Position numbers and translations under genes: made by a program. A stretch of DNA of 64,000 bases. Source: Styela clava (lineage: Eukaryota). Below are positions 38,874 through 53,500 of the stretch, in pieces. Positions within the stretch are counted from its first letter, which is position 1, and each line of letters starts with the position of its first letter. The notes under the pieces were generated by a model. That model saw nothing but the letters and a program-made list of their open reading frames with translations, was not told the origin of the DNA and ran no database searches. The stretch covers positions 13,950,001 to 14,014,000 of the forward strand of contig NC_135257.1 of NCBI RefSeq assembly GCF_964204865.1. The letters run 5' to 3'.

Positions 38874-39075
38874 GCTGACCTTGAGTGTTGCCACAAACAC
38901 GCAATTATCATGCCGTGTCACGGTTGGTGGGCATCAGCCTTTCATCTCGAGTGATGAGTGATCTTGCTAATCTCTAAAATCCATTATTTTTCATCAAGTC
39001 GGAGGACTTCCTCGCATCGTGACGGGTCTAAGACTGTGCTGATACCCGGTAATGGGGTATCGCGGTGAAATCTAC
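38874..39075 (+). promoter_or_regulatory. Duplicated non-coding element, copy 2
   Basis: 38874-38925 matches 56609-56660 at 40/52 ungapped. Further collinear blocks are tttcatctcg, tgctaatc, cattatt(t/c)ttcat, atcgtg and taatggggt. Confidence 0.55.
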
Positions 39076-39977
39076 CTTATTTGACAAACTAAAAATGTCT
39101 AAGCAATCATTCGTTTTTTTTGCCAAGAATTTTACTGCATTTGGACGATAATACACAAGGATGTTTTGTCTTCTATAAATAAAGTTTGCATTCAATTATT
39201 TTATAATTGTAGAATTTGCATGCTTTTTCTTGCCAAATTAGTAATGTATAAACAAACAGAAACATAATGCAAAAAATGATATTTTTCAATTCTGAACCAT
39301 GTTTAATACTGCTCAAATGGAATGGAAAAATAGGAATTACTTCACACCCTTTGAATGATTTGTTGGTTGCTTAGTCCTATACCAGTATCAGAGTTTTGTT
39401 AGACCAACTCGTATGAAACAGTCTACCAATAGTATTTCTTAACAGCTCAATATTTGCAACTAACTAAATAAAATAATCTGTATAAACACCGAAAGGCGTC
39501 AGAATCTGGTCTTAAAGTTGTGTGGACAAGTAACCTGTTGCATCTAAATCTCCATTATTTTTGTTTCAATACTTTGTTAACTGGTCGTTCTGGGGTAGAG
39601 TGAGGATAGCACCATGCTTATTTCGATGATTCGCCAGGTCACTGATTGATGCAGAAAACATACTGTCATTTCAGTGATAAAAATTAAGTGAACTACTTCG
39701 TCCAGAAAACAAAATTTCATAAACTTAAATGTATCAGGTATCTTACATAGTGACTATTGATTTATATGAATGCGAATCCGTGTTTTAGCGCATGAATTTC
39801 AAAAAATCGAGTACCAGAAATCGCCTCAGTTCTGATACAAGTGCAAAATGCGTAAAACTCAAAACTATACAATACCAACCAAGAAATATAAGAATCGGGT
39901 AGAATGCAGAACAAGATTGAATATCTATCATGCATTCTTGTTTTCCATAATGAAAATATAATTTTAATCTATTCACT

Positions 39978-39998
39978 AAAAAAGGTTCGCCATCCCTG
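39978..39998. mobile_element. Isolated hAT-type terminus
   Basis: aaaaaaggttcgccatccctg is similar to the terminus at 787-807. Confidence 0.4.
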
Positions 39999-41633
39999 GT
40001 ATGGAACCTGGTATATATAATATAGGGCTTTTGTAGAAAGTCCTGACGACCTAGCCTCCATCAGTGGTTCAACCGACTTTCAACGTTTTTCTTTTTTGAA
40101 TAAACATTCTAGGAGAACATTTGTTGCCGCCACGTTAGCAATTCTATCGAATCTGACAGAGCTAACTTAAATGGGTCACAACATCATGACGGCCCACAAT
40201 TTAATTTCAAACACATTTTATGATCACTGACAAAGTTTTCATTCTCTTTACGCCCCATTACCCCAAATAATTTCAGTCAATATTTTTGAATCATCCCAAG
40301 TAGTGATTAAACTCAGAGAATAAAAATCACTGAAAATATCAAAGCATACGAAACAAGGAAAATCCGGATTAGTTGGAATCGTGTAATAGTCTTCCGGAAA
40401 AGGGTGACGCAATCCTACTTTACCCGACGTGTAAATATTGCTGTGTAGGATATAGATCACATTCAAGCCATTTAGTTTTCTAATCTGAGATAAGAGCCTA
40501 TTATTTTCAAACATGACGAAACACGAAATTTTGGCGCTAAACCAAGTTCAGCAAAAGGTCCAGGTTTAATGTAAATTTCCTAAAAAATGGCTGAGAACAT
40601 TTTTTACAATTCGGCATGGCTAATTATTTTTAAATCTTGAGTTAAGCCACGTTTTGAATAATCTGAATGGGCAGGTATTGAACTCGAAATTTCATACGTA
40701 CAATAAACTACTATGCCTAGGACATCGCATTTAAATCTAACAGACGAAAACATTTCCTCAGATATTTCATATTTTCAGGGAAAAGTTACTTTCTTCCAAG
40801 CATGAAACATATCTAAATTTTTCTTTGCTACATCATTAGGTTATGCTTGGTCGTTTGCAGAAATATTTGATTAGTGCAACCAACCGTGATGTAACGACCA
40901 AATTAATGTGTTACAAAACATGTCGAATACGACGTTTAAATTATTACTGAAAGTCACTTTCGGTATCAACGTTAAAAGATTAAAAATGATGGCCGTCGTT
41001 ATCACTTTTCTGCTCCGATGGAGTGTGACTTGAACGAGCACTTAATGGAATATGACATATAGTTCTTTGTTTGTATTTCAAGTCGAGGCATTCATCAAAG
41101 TGACATTGTCAACTATTACCTTGGCGACCTATTCGGGGGGCGTACTGAGGACAAACGATTTTACGTGCGACACAGATAAATAGTCACAGTCACAGCAGGA
41201 TACATTTATTCAAAATGGTTGTAAATTTTTGTAACATTCAACAATATATAACAGAAATTGTGATCGCTTTTTGAATGTACCTCCTGACGACAAAAAATTG
41301 GCCTTTAAATGTAGACTTTTAGATTCTTGGCAAATCTATGATTATCAATTTAACGCTTGGCGAACTTATCAAGTATGCTTAGTTGGAAGATTTTTTTTTT
41401 CAAAATATTCACAATATATCATGCTGTCAATAAATGAAAATTTTGTCACCCGGGAGTTTTCGAACATCTTGACATGCAATATATACGAAATAAAATGGTT
41501 GTGCCACCATTTTTTGATCCGTGAAGAAGATATGTAACTTCATTCGACTCCCTTAATTAATAATTTTCTTCACGTGTTCTTATTGACAAATGTAGAGATA
41601 GTTATAGAGTAGCAATGCGACAACCAAACCGCG

Positions 41634-41892
41634 GAGAAGTTGCCAGTTTTTAGTAGCACCCTACAAATACGCTCGTTATCAAATAAAATTGACATTTTAC
41701 CCCAAAAAATTTAGGAACATAAAAATGCATCTTTATAATCCGGATTGTGCATTGTGTGAGTTTGGTACTGGAAATTTAGCACATATACCCATGAAAAATA
41801 CGTTTTTTCCATTCAGAAATCAATCATCTCGAAACACAATTAGGTGCAATGATGAGAAAATACCCAAACCTTGCAATTAATTGGCATCCCTG
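41634..41892. mobile_element. Possible decayed MITE (cagggttgcca-type ends)
   Basis: gttgccag at the left and ttggcatccctg at the right. A related lone end, cagggctgccaa, is at 57334. Confidence 0.35.
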
Positions 41893-43943
41893 CTTCGTGT
41901 CACGTACACATTATAATATATTTACGTTAAAAAAATTGCGAATTAAATTTAATCTGAATGACCCGACATGTTTGTTATAGTTAACCTTATATTGCGTTAC
42001 TGAGATTTAATTAAAACCAGGATGTAAATATAGATGAATTACCATTCCTCGTGCTCCATTTTTCAATTTTATTTCACTTCTTTTTTGATCTGCTCCATAC
42101 ATACTCCATACTCTAAAACAATTTTTATTTTTTATTTTTTTTTTCTTCCTCCCCTTTACATCTCGGTTTTTTTAAATATATTTTGTGAATTTTTTTTTTA
42201 TGATAGAAACACACAATTTAAATATCAACTGCCACTCAACGGTTAACTTATAAAAAAAATATGGTTGTCATAATTTTTAAGAAACTATGGATACTTCAAG
42301 ATGTCTTTCATGCGACTCTATATATTGATATAGCTGTACAATAATAAAACAGAACAGTCAAGTACTCGTTGCCGAACATTTGTGTCATCAGACTCCATGT
42401 AATTTGTGAAAATAAACTGCTCCCGCTTTGGACTATTTCTTCATAAATGAGCATCGAAGTTATTATTTCAGCGGGGATGTCGTCCAGACTTCGTTCATGA
42501 GCACCACTTACTTTACCGACTCAAGTGGTGTCCGTTGGTAATACAAACTATTCTGTTGTGCACTTGCCGATTATTCTAATCTCTTATTTTAAGACATATC
42601 TTTGATGTCATTGAAATATATTTAAATTTAAAACGACGTTCAGGAAGTGCTGTCCTGAATTTAAATGAACAAAATAAATGTTAAGGTGGAATGAAATTCT
42701 ATCCGCTGACAATCCGAAACTACAATCCCGAACATATTCAGAATTCAACGAGAAAAAATGTCCCATTCCAAGCGATATCACATGTTATCGTAGTTTTATT
42801 CATTATGACCTCCATTTCCGATCCACCACTACGTTGTATAACGTTATTTTTCTTCAATTTTTTTTAATTCAATTTTTTGTTTTTTTTCGAATTTTTGTTC
42901 ATACCTTTCCCCTCCACTATATAATATTATTTTTAGACATGTCATAGAGCATAATACTCACATATCATACTTGTAAATTGGACGTTTAAATGGTGAGATT
43001 AATTAAAGTTTGAGGTGAACTTGCTGCGCCGGTGCAATGTCAACGAACCGCCCGATATATTTGTGTACTTTGTTACTGTTATGGTAATAAAATGAGTTTC
43101 AACGACTATCGGCTATTTTGATGCTTTCGCCGTATTCGTGATACAACACCACTTGCAATTTACAAGACAACATCATATTGAGTTGGAGGCAAATATATTT
43201 ATATATTACTACATTAATTTTTCCTACAAAAAAAGGCGAACTATTTGCGTTGTTTTGAAATTCGTTCACGTTAATTAACTGTATGTGTTGTGTAATAGTC
43301 AGTGTTGTCATTTTTATGTTGTAGAAAAGCAGGCAAATATACTGCCATGAGCAATATGTCAATTATTTCAATCAAACAAGTATACGTTTAATATATGCAA
43401 AATGTTGCATATGCAAACGTATTTATCTATTCAGTTTATAGTATTACACTTTTCGCCCCTCAAAGTCTTTTTGATGCGGAAGGAATCGCGAAAGAGACGT
43501 TTACTCTCTGACGTCAATAGTTTTCCATGGTGCATACCACCATACTCAATCAAGATGGAGGCCTGATTGTACAATTATTTCTTATCGCGATATGCTAGAT
43601 GGTGGCAATGGCAGACAGCACTTACGATGAATTCGTCACCGCGGTTGAAAGGCAAAGAAAACAAGGAACGATGTTCAGGGACAGCTAATGCAATATTTCA
43701 ATGTTGTGTCAACACAGTCGTCCTCAGTAAATGTACGATGAACATCGAAGAAAAGTGTTATAAATGTATTCCTTTTTTACTTATTGGAATGCATTTATGC
43801 ATTTTGACCTCATAATCTCCTTTGATATGCGTACTTCATTATCATTGAACAATATCACGACAATAAGATTTTATAGTCTGTCTACATCTACATGGTTCAT
43901 TCATTCATTAGGTACCAGGCATATACATAATTATGCTTCAGAT

Positions 43944-44502
43944 CATGGGCCAGCAACCTTTTGTCGCCCGCGGGACAAAATTTAGATTTGCAAGCTTTGG
44001 CGGGCCGCACATATTTTTAAAAATCTAACGTATGTCCGATGAAACATAATATTTTCACACGGATCAGAAATTGAAATTTTAGATTTTAAACAGCGCTCGA
44101 AGACTGCAACAACTCGTGAACTCAACTCAGTAGTCTTACAGGAGGAAACAAATTTACAACTTGAATTTAATGTCACACATGTTGTTGCATCACGACTGAT
44201 AGCTTTTCGACGTCAGACGGCACACTGGATGAATCCAAGATTAGAACATTTTCTAAATGGGCATCCCTAATCCGAGTTCTCAGATTTCCTTCAAGAAGAT
44301 ATTTTTATAATAATCAAGCAGTGATACATCTCTCGAATAGAATATGGATTTTATTACCTCATTGCATTGCATCTCAAGAAGCTCTATTCGAATATTTTCT
44401 GCGCCATTGAACCCTCTGCACTCAGCATCTACTTTTCTGCGTGTTGCCATTTGTCTAATTATAATTAAATTGTAGGCTCGTTAATTGCTATTGAGACCCC
44501 TC
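43944..44502 (-). mobile_element. Internally deleted hAT transposon (Buster/SPIN, GTF2IRD2-like transposase remnant)
   Basis: Ends catgggccagcaacc...gcgggccgca and ttgagacccct, enclosing transposase fragments on the minus strand. Confidence 0.8.
44167..44450 (-). pseudogene. hAT transposase remnant (N-terminus fused to C-terminal dimerisation region)
   Basis: MATRRKVDAECRGFN (compare the KRKVDxECRxF N-terminus of SPIN/GTF2IRD2-like transposases) is joined to ENIRIELLEMQCNEVIKSIF...LLDYYK. After a frameshift comes RTRIRDAHLENVLILDSSSVPSDVEKL...QHV*H* (compare the RxRLTDxHL...PDI...QxSH* C-terminus). Confidence 0.8.
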
Positions 44503-47500
44503 TCTAGGTAAAAATATATGACTATATAGAGTGCCTGGAATTGAAATTGACGTTATAGTGAACTAATTAATTGTGTTTTATTTGTAATTGTTTTCTTTAC
44601 TATTCCCACGTATTACACAATTATGGCAACGATTTATTACAAAAAATTAAAATTGAAATTGCCATATTCAACTTATCAAATGAAACTCTTAAAATAAGTA
44701 TTGAGTGATATGGCAAACACAATCATTATTGATATTTCATAGTATCCGTGTATTAATAATAATTCAAGTTTTGTTGCGATGTTGTACGTAATCTGAAGTT
44801 GTACAAAGTTATTTTAAAAACCGACATAAACCAGATTAAGGAGGAAGGACAGTCGTCAGATCAGCATTATTGTCGTCAAAGTTCCGACAAAGACTGATAT
44901 TTATGAATTCTTTCTTAATTTCCCACCACTCCCCTTGTCATCACATTTAAATTAAATCAAATAGCTGTGTCAGAAGAAAACTTATGTTCGCTGCGAAGAA
45001 TGTAAAAAAATTACTTGCATTCAGCAGTGTTTTTTTTATTTTATTTTAGTGATCCTTTCAAACATACACTCTACTATTTCATATTACGGCAAAAGGCTTC
45101 TTAAAATTGCAATTATTTGAATATTCACGATGTTTGTGACGTAGAAACAAACTGATAAAACCTAACGACTTTAACTGATAAAAATGAGGTAATAAAACCT
45201 CCAGTAGAGATATGAACACTCAATTTAGAATAGCGATCCCGCAATTGTATGTAATTTTCAAGAGCATCCACGCGCTTCGAATACGTCAGTTATTAATTTA
45301 CTTTGCTGAGTGTAATATGCAAACGAACCACATTTATAAAAGCGGTTCTTGGCCATTGACCCACTTCATCCTTGATCTGGGTATTTGTAACATTAAGATA
45401 TCAAAAATGCACTCCATACCTAAAAATTCAAATACTATTCGTATAAATGGTTTTTCATTAACCAATTTACCTAACCACGACTCAAAATTTTCATTTGATA
45501 AATATCACTCGAATACAGTTATAATTGAGATAATTTTGTAGATTTACCAATAACGATTCGTTTGGATTGAATTATGTCATAATATTTGGCATTCACTCAA
45601 TTGTCGCATTAATTTTGTATCGCAGCCGCTAAATTCCGTTCGGGGGGAGTTAAATACTTTGTCTCAGTATGGGGTCTCGTGGGAATAATTCACAACGGCG
45701 GAATGTTTGCGTCTTCTCACACCGGGTCTGAATGACAAGATATTATCACTTTTTGCGGAAGGAATTTCTGAGACATCATCCTCCCAAATTATAGAAATCT
45801 CATGCTGTGAAACTTGATAAACAAACTAATGGACCTATAATCCTATTCAAGGCTCGCCAGCATAATTTTAATAGTAATTTGAAATCGCCGTGAATATATT
45901 CTCGCGACTCGTTAATTCGATTTACGGTTGTGACGGAAGTATTTTTTATCAATACCAACACTACTGGCACAAGACGAAAATTGTAAATTTGATGATGTAT
46001 TTAGAGGTTCACACATAGATGCAAATGGCGAATTAAGAGATATTAATTCAATTTTTTTAGAAGACATTTTTACGGAATTTCTGAAATTATTTAATGATAA
46101 AATCCAATTACTGCGCTACATAAAAATATAAGATTTGACAGTTGCTTTGGAATAAATGAGTGTAAAATATTATTTTTTGAGGATTTCCGGCTGGACAAAA
46201 TCATTTATGGAAATTCACACGATAACGTAATGACGTCATCTACTAAATTTATTTCCGTATTGCAATATACGACGAATTATAGGCCTACCTTTTCAACATG
46301 TTCGCGTTTTCATTGATTACACTAACTTAGTTCGTAATCCATTTCTAGAAAATTGAAAAAAAATCATTAAACAAATAAAAAATTAAAACTAGAAAAATAT
46401 ACTCACCGGAAACATTTAAACATTTGGAGCGATAATAATTTCTACATCATGTGAATGGCATATGTTTTGGCGCCAGGTAGCTTTAATCATAATGTCATAC
46501 AAATTCGCAAGGGGAAATATTATGTTGGTGTTGAAAGATTTCTAAGGGAATATACTGCCAGCGATCGTTTTCTAGTCAGAGATACTATTAATGAACACGA
46601 AGTCCAAAATAATGTCAGAAAACTGTCGTCAACAAGCACCTAAATATCCGGTGACGAGCGTTAAGAAATTAAAATGTTGTCTTATAAGAAATTCGGGACG
46701 AGCACTGCTTAGGTATAACAATGAGTAACGTTAAATGATTGCATGGCCATATTTTGGACATATATTTGTCATAATCACTGTAAACTATAATGAACTACGA
46801 TTGTATGTTTTAAGCTTGGGCCTAACTAAACGCGCAAAAATAGCAATCAATACCCAGTATGTGACCGATGTCATGACACCTAATAAATAGTGAATCCATT
46901 ATAACTTCATCATAACTCATGTCCCACGGGACTCTTCCCTAGACAGACTGTCGTCGATTTCTGCTGATGAAGTTTACAGGAACAACCATTTAACCGATTA
47001 GCCATAGATCATGCACTTCAATAAAATTATTTTTCGTCCGGAATAGATTACTTAAAATGTTCTCCAAAAAAAGTTTGGGATATACACAAATAGAGCCTCA
47101 TAGCCATATTTCAACAACGGCATGATGTTAAGAGGTATTATGTCCCGATGACAAACGCCACAACAATGAAATTAACATCGAAAGCATGTTTAAACGATTA
47201 GGTTCTTGAATTGCATCAGATAAACGTCTTTCGTAAATAACTTTCAAAATGGAGTGTAAGTACGTCACAATGAGTATTTGGCGTAAAAAAAAACCTATTT
47301 TATATATTACATCCTGACAGAGCATTTTCAAATGCGATGTATTCGTCATTCTTTCGGTTCATTCATTGTTCTCTAACCGATGCTTGTTCTTTTTTTTGTA
47401 TAGAGAGTTATATCCGGCTGTCGCAAATAAATGTTTTTTGATTGAGATCTCATCGCGGTTTTTGCCAACAGTCGGTTAGTTGTATTTGGATGTCCCTTCG

Positions 47501-50500
47501 TGTCACATAGTGGTTGCTTATATTAAATCGTTTTGTCTGTAGGGACTTAGGAAAAGGTTATTAGTAGAGTTACTCCGTGGGAAACATTGGAGTTGACGCT
47601 TTTCATCTTTGGTGCCGTGATGCTCCCATTGGACGCATTAGATTGTTGTATACAGGCCAGGGTCACCGACATCGCGGTAATTTAAGACGGTTTGGCAAAA
47701 GATCGCCCAGGATAAGCTGATTCATTAAGTCGCACTGATTCACCAAACATGAATTTCGTACACAATACGCGATATGGGAATAAAGGAATCTGGATTCGAT
47801 TTATCCGGAAATCAACAACAAATTTTTATTACCGATTTCATGAAACATGTTTTGGTATTTAAAATCGACTATCAGATGTAAAAATTTGTAAGTAATTTAG
47901 TGGAATATATCTCATTGATTACATTTGTATCAGACTAGTCTACATTTACTTGTATGGATACAAAATTTTACAACAACATTACTTTCTTTTTTCCCCACGG
48001 CAAACAACATTTAAAAACAGTTTGTTATTCTTGTGGCGGTTGATTTTCGACGAAAACAACGACCCGTTCGGTCTAGGGACAAAACAATCAGATTATTAAC
48101 AATTAAGCTCGCCTCAAAGTCTCTTGCGCTCGAGGTAAATACGAGAGAAAGTGGGTGATTTGTACCGACCCAGTCTCGATGTGGGGCATTTTCAAAGGGA
48201 TTAACTCTGGGTAAGGATTACGTTCCATCACCAGCAAGTGACAAAAGGGTCGTTTCTGCTTGAAGGTAAAAAGCTATCGATAAGAAAATTAAAATTCCAT
48301 TGTCGGGAAGAAAAGCAGACGAACAAACAAAGAAGCATAAACACTGTCGAAAGGTTAAAATGCAATAAAGATTATGACCGAAATGAATGCAGTATATATA
48401 GGCAACAATCTTAAAATAATACTTGTTTTTGTTATGCTACAGATATATTTAAATAATCATTCATTTTATTCAATTATTCATTCGAGTATGAGTCGGGTGT
48501 AGGCCACGCATTCGATTTTTGTGGTATATAAGTATGAGAGGAAAATTTTGATCGAAAAAAACACTCATAAAGTGTTAATTTTTCTACAATATATCCAGCA
48601 TTGTTATCCGTGATAGGAAAGCCTACGAGTTACTTTTATACATAAAAGTGAGGATGTGTTATTTAATTCTTTGAAATAAAAAAATGTTGATTTTTCATGA
48701 AAAAAGTCTCAATAAAAAGATGAGATTTCTCAGACGGGACAAATAGATCGTAGGTGTCAATGTAGATTTTGACAATTGCTCTACAAATAATCTGCTTGTA
48801 TCTAAATATCACATAGTAAATTGATTATAGAGATAACTCGAATAAAAATGAGAAGATGTCATAAAATTGAGGTAAATAATCTCATTATCCAATATTTCGT
48901 ATTAATGCAAATTTTATATTTAAATATAAATTCCAAACATCATTTTTATTCATATACCCAATTTGTGATATTTACAAAAATTTGAAAACAATAAATAAAT
49001 GAAATTAGTATAAAAAATACAAGTAACGGGTAAATATTTTGCTGTAGGTTTGGTTTAAAATTAAAATAATCGAATAATAAGAATTCGACACTCACATGTA
49101 TCTCGTAATTATTGGATTTCATAGTAGCAAGTATAAACCATTAGCGCTGAATTCGGATAAAAAAAAATTGCTTATAATGAATAAGATCACATAAGAGCTT
49201 GTTGGAGCATTGTGATGCAATACATATCTCTCGCAATTGAAATTCTCAAATTGCAACATTCACAGACAAAAATTTGTGTTTCCAAACTGCGTCGCTGTTT
49301 TAACTTCGGAATTGTTTATCCATCTAAAGCTTAAAGCTAGTAATAGGTGCGCTATACGTCAAGCCTCCCTTGTAGTTTATATAAGCCGGTCCCTAATCCC
49401 TCTTGTGTTAAAAGCCTCACGCTGGTATTGGTCAACTGATTTATTCAGTGTATCTAAGGGCAAATGTATATTTGCTAAAACTTTTTAGTTGTTTTATCGA
49501 ATTTAAGGTTTCAAGAATAAAACGATAGATTGATTATCATTTTAAAACAGGGCCAACGATATTATAAAAACTGTGAAATAGAAGTTGTTTTTCTGTTTAC
49601 TTTTACTTCCAGTGAAATAAAATATTCTCCCGAAAACCCGAAAACATACAAAAAAGGTTTTCAATCCAAACTTTTTTCTGACCCAGACAGGCCACAGTTT
49701 ATACCCATAATAACTCGAGTTTACAGATTATCGACTTAGGCGCGAGAAACAAAACGTGACATGGAGGAAGAAGTGCGCGGCCGTCGTCGCTGACGCGTTT
49801 CAGCAGTGACAGTATATTATAATAAAAATAAATGAAAAACTTCTTCCCGAGTTCGAGTGGACAAGTTCTCACTCTGTTTGGAATTTAGATCGAGCAGTAT
49901 ATATGAATAATTTGTCCCAGTTATTCGTTCATGAATAACATCCGGACTTTGGTGACAAAGCATGTCATAATCAAATTTTATATTTTAGTCGTGTGATTAA
50001 AATTTAATCGAAATCTTGGTCAAGATCTGTCTTCGACCAAATGAGGAAAATGGGAAGGAAATAGTACCTGAGCGATTTGCATTTTATTTCAAATTACAGT
50101 CAACTTCTTGTTGTATTTATTTTCATGAAAATTGCGTGAATCAGTGGAGTTCTGTAAGATTTCTTGCACAAAAATGACAAAAAAAATGTATTTATTGTGT
50201 CTACATAGGACTAGATTGAGTAGCAAGACAGACGCCCCGCGTTTTACCAGACAGATTCTCCGTGCGGTCTATATCGTTATAGCGGCGAGAAGAACGCCGT
50301 ATTCTCGGAATCGATTCAAGCGGATATCAGCATGAACCAAAGCGGACATTTTAGAATTTCTTGCAATAAAGGGAAAAGTATAAAAAGAAGGTATTTTAGC
50401 ATAGTATAATGTATAGTAATATTTGGTCAATAATGAATAAAAATATTAAAACACTAGAAGTAACCAAGTTTCATTAAAGACATTTTGGATGATTAATTTT

Positions 50501-53500
50501 GCAAGTATTTGGAATGAGTTGGTATTTATGATACCTATTGCGTTATCTACGTTGTAAAAGTACATTCTGGTTTAGTTGATTGCAAACTTAATCAATCTAT
50601 TGCATTGAAAACCTAAAGATCAATTGCTAAAACAGGCTATTTTACCCTGTGTGCATGGACATTTTGAAACCAGAAACATTATAATTTGAATTAATTTATT
50701 CTCTCGTGTTAATGAAAAAGAATTTAAATTTAAACTTATAAAGTTCTTATATTTCACTTAGAAATTCATGCTGCAAACCAGTAAACTTATTTCAAAATGT
50801 TTACAAGTGATAGTTAAACAGAAAAATATTGTCGTGGTATTTTAGAAGAACAAAAATTGTATTTAAATTATGCATCTTTTCAATTATTTTATATAACAAC
50901 ACAAATACCAAATATTATTTGACGAATCTTTTTCTCAGCGTTTCTAGAACATAATTTAACCCGATTATATTACATAATCTTTCATTGTATAGTATCAGTG
51001 CATTTTTTTATAAACAAAAATTGTTTATACATGTTGCTATATGGGTTCATTTGTGTATATTAGAACGTAGTACAAAATAAATATTTTTTCACATAATTTT
51101 TACATAAACATAGTATTTTAAAAATGTTTTATTTTAATTTTTGTATAAAGTATACCGATGTAAAAGTTGGATACAAATTAATATTTGCTAAGCATTATTG
51201 TGTGGATTTCCGTGTTATCCATACTGCTTAATTTCGAAGGTAATTCGTGTATTGGGTAATAATTTCACAACTAGTAGAACTCAACCAAACGTAATTAAGT
51301 AATCGTATGAAAAGTTGAGATAAATTCATTGCATTGTAACGTTATAACGTCATGTTGGAATTTAAGAAATAACACTCCCGTATTGCAATTTATCTCCAAT
51401 ATATCTTTCTTGTGTTATTTTTCACCCAATGTATTGCGAGAAGTACTAAGAAATGCGCGTAATTTCAAGTAGAAGCGGATATTACGGGACGGTAATCACA
51501 CTTGTTAATTACTTATTAAATAGCCTATCATTGGTATCGTGAATTTATCCAGAGTATTTTTAAAACAGCGAAATCGAAAATGTGGTGCAACACAGTTCAA
51601 GGCACGTTGCCGACGCATTAACTCACTGCAAACGTTGTTATTAAAATGGCGGCCAAATACCGACGCGACTAATTGCATACGCGGATATAATATCGACGAG
51701 GGCAAGCGATTTAACACTGAACGGTAGCATCGAGTTGTATTGCTATGCTGAAATTGCTTAATAATAAAAATAGGAGCATTTGGTCATTGCCGGTATGTAT
51801 CGCCTTATACTCGTTGAAATCTGAAAATTGGAAAAATTTATTAAAAAAATCATGAAATGCGAAATAATGATATATTTTACTCAGTACTGCCTCATTATCA
51901 TAATATTTTTTAGATCGCAATCTTATATCTGGCTATTTAAAAAAGTAATCGTCTCTCTAAGGCGCTTTTTAGCTTCAAATCAATATTGAATATAAAGACC
52001 GCTCATGTTATTTAGAATTCAGTGACATATAACACGAACCAACAAATTACATTTTTCAACAATAAATTGTTAATTATTAATAGTTGAATCCGAGAACACG
52101 TTGACGAAACTGTTTATGGAATTTGACATTTTGTAAATCTGAACTAAATAGTGTGTAGTAATTAATACTAGTATAATTTCACAATCAATTAAATTAATGA
52201 AGATTAGATTCTCTATATCTTTCGCTAGCATATTTTTAATTTGATAACTTGTCTTAGATTGTACTTAAGGGAAGTAAAAAAAGTTTGGCTAAAGAAAGAA
52301 ATATATTGCCACAATTGATATTGTTGTCTTCCAAATAGCACTTTACCTGTAAAGTTACCTTGTTTTTAATATATTACATGTCAGGCTATATTTAAAAAGA
52401 TTTTTTTTGTATATATATTACGCTGAGCTAAGAATTACATTTTTCATCTTTGAATTTTTTTTTGAGAAATATTAGTACTCTATTATTCACTTGCCTTGAA
52501 TGCTCCAAAGACGTAGAAAGTTAAACTTTAAACAATTCTACTATTCTACTATATTTTGTTGTAAACACAAAGTTTTTAAAGCTTGATTTTCAAATTCATG
52601 CCAAAATTATGTCGTGACTTTTATTCAGTTCTATAAACAATTCATCAACGCGACTGTATTACATTCAAATTCGAGTAAAATAAACAATTTATTCAAGTGA
52701 ATTTTCAAAAGTTATGGAAAGATTTCTTCTAATATTCCCTAATAATATTTGACATAAACTAATGAGATTAGCGCCAAGATGAGGCTTAAATCGGACCGAA
52801 CAGAGGGGCGCATTTGCTACAAGGGTGAAAATCCTCATCGACATTTAGGCCTCACTGAATCTAAGACATATAAATCATACAAACAATATTTCAATATGTT
52901 TCTAATGCAGAAAATATCAACCGAGTGTCATAATCAATTTGAAAAAAAAAAAACGAATACAGCTTTTTATATTTACGCTACGTTACCGATGGGAAGTTAT
53001 AGAGGACGATTCGGGAACAAAAAAAAATTCAGAAATTTAAAAATTATTTTTGGTACACTCGTTGGTTGTCTAAAATGCACTTTTATTACACTTTTAATAA
53101 GTTAGTGCACGTAAATTCGCGAATGAAAAACATAACAAAATGATTAGTGAAATCGTCTCGCTCAGGGGCAATTTGTTGTGTGTGAGATGTAGTGTGACTT
53201 TAGCCCGGTCTTTATCATGCCTGCAATGTGCTTTACATATGATTCGATTACACTTCACTTGATTTGTCTAAAACGTGATTAGGTTTTGAATACGGCTTGA
53301 ATTATTTGGTCATATTCAAACATCACAGTTGTGCGTCCATGGAAAATTGAAAATTCAATATTGCAGGACTCTGTCATGTAATACCAAGTAATCATATTAG
53401 ACCCTAACGGATTTGCCTAATGATGAAAAAGCGTTACATTCCAATACACAATTTGGACACGTCGAGGAATAGAAGAAGGGATATAGAGTCGCAAAATTGA

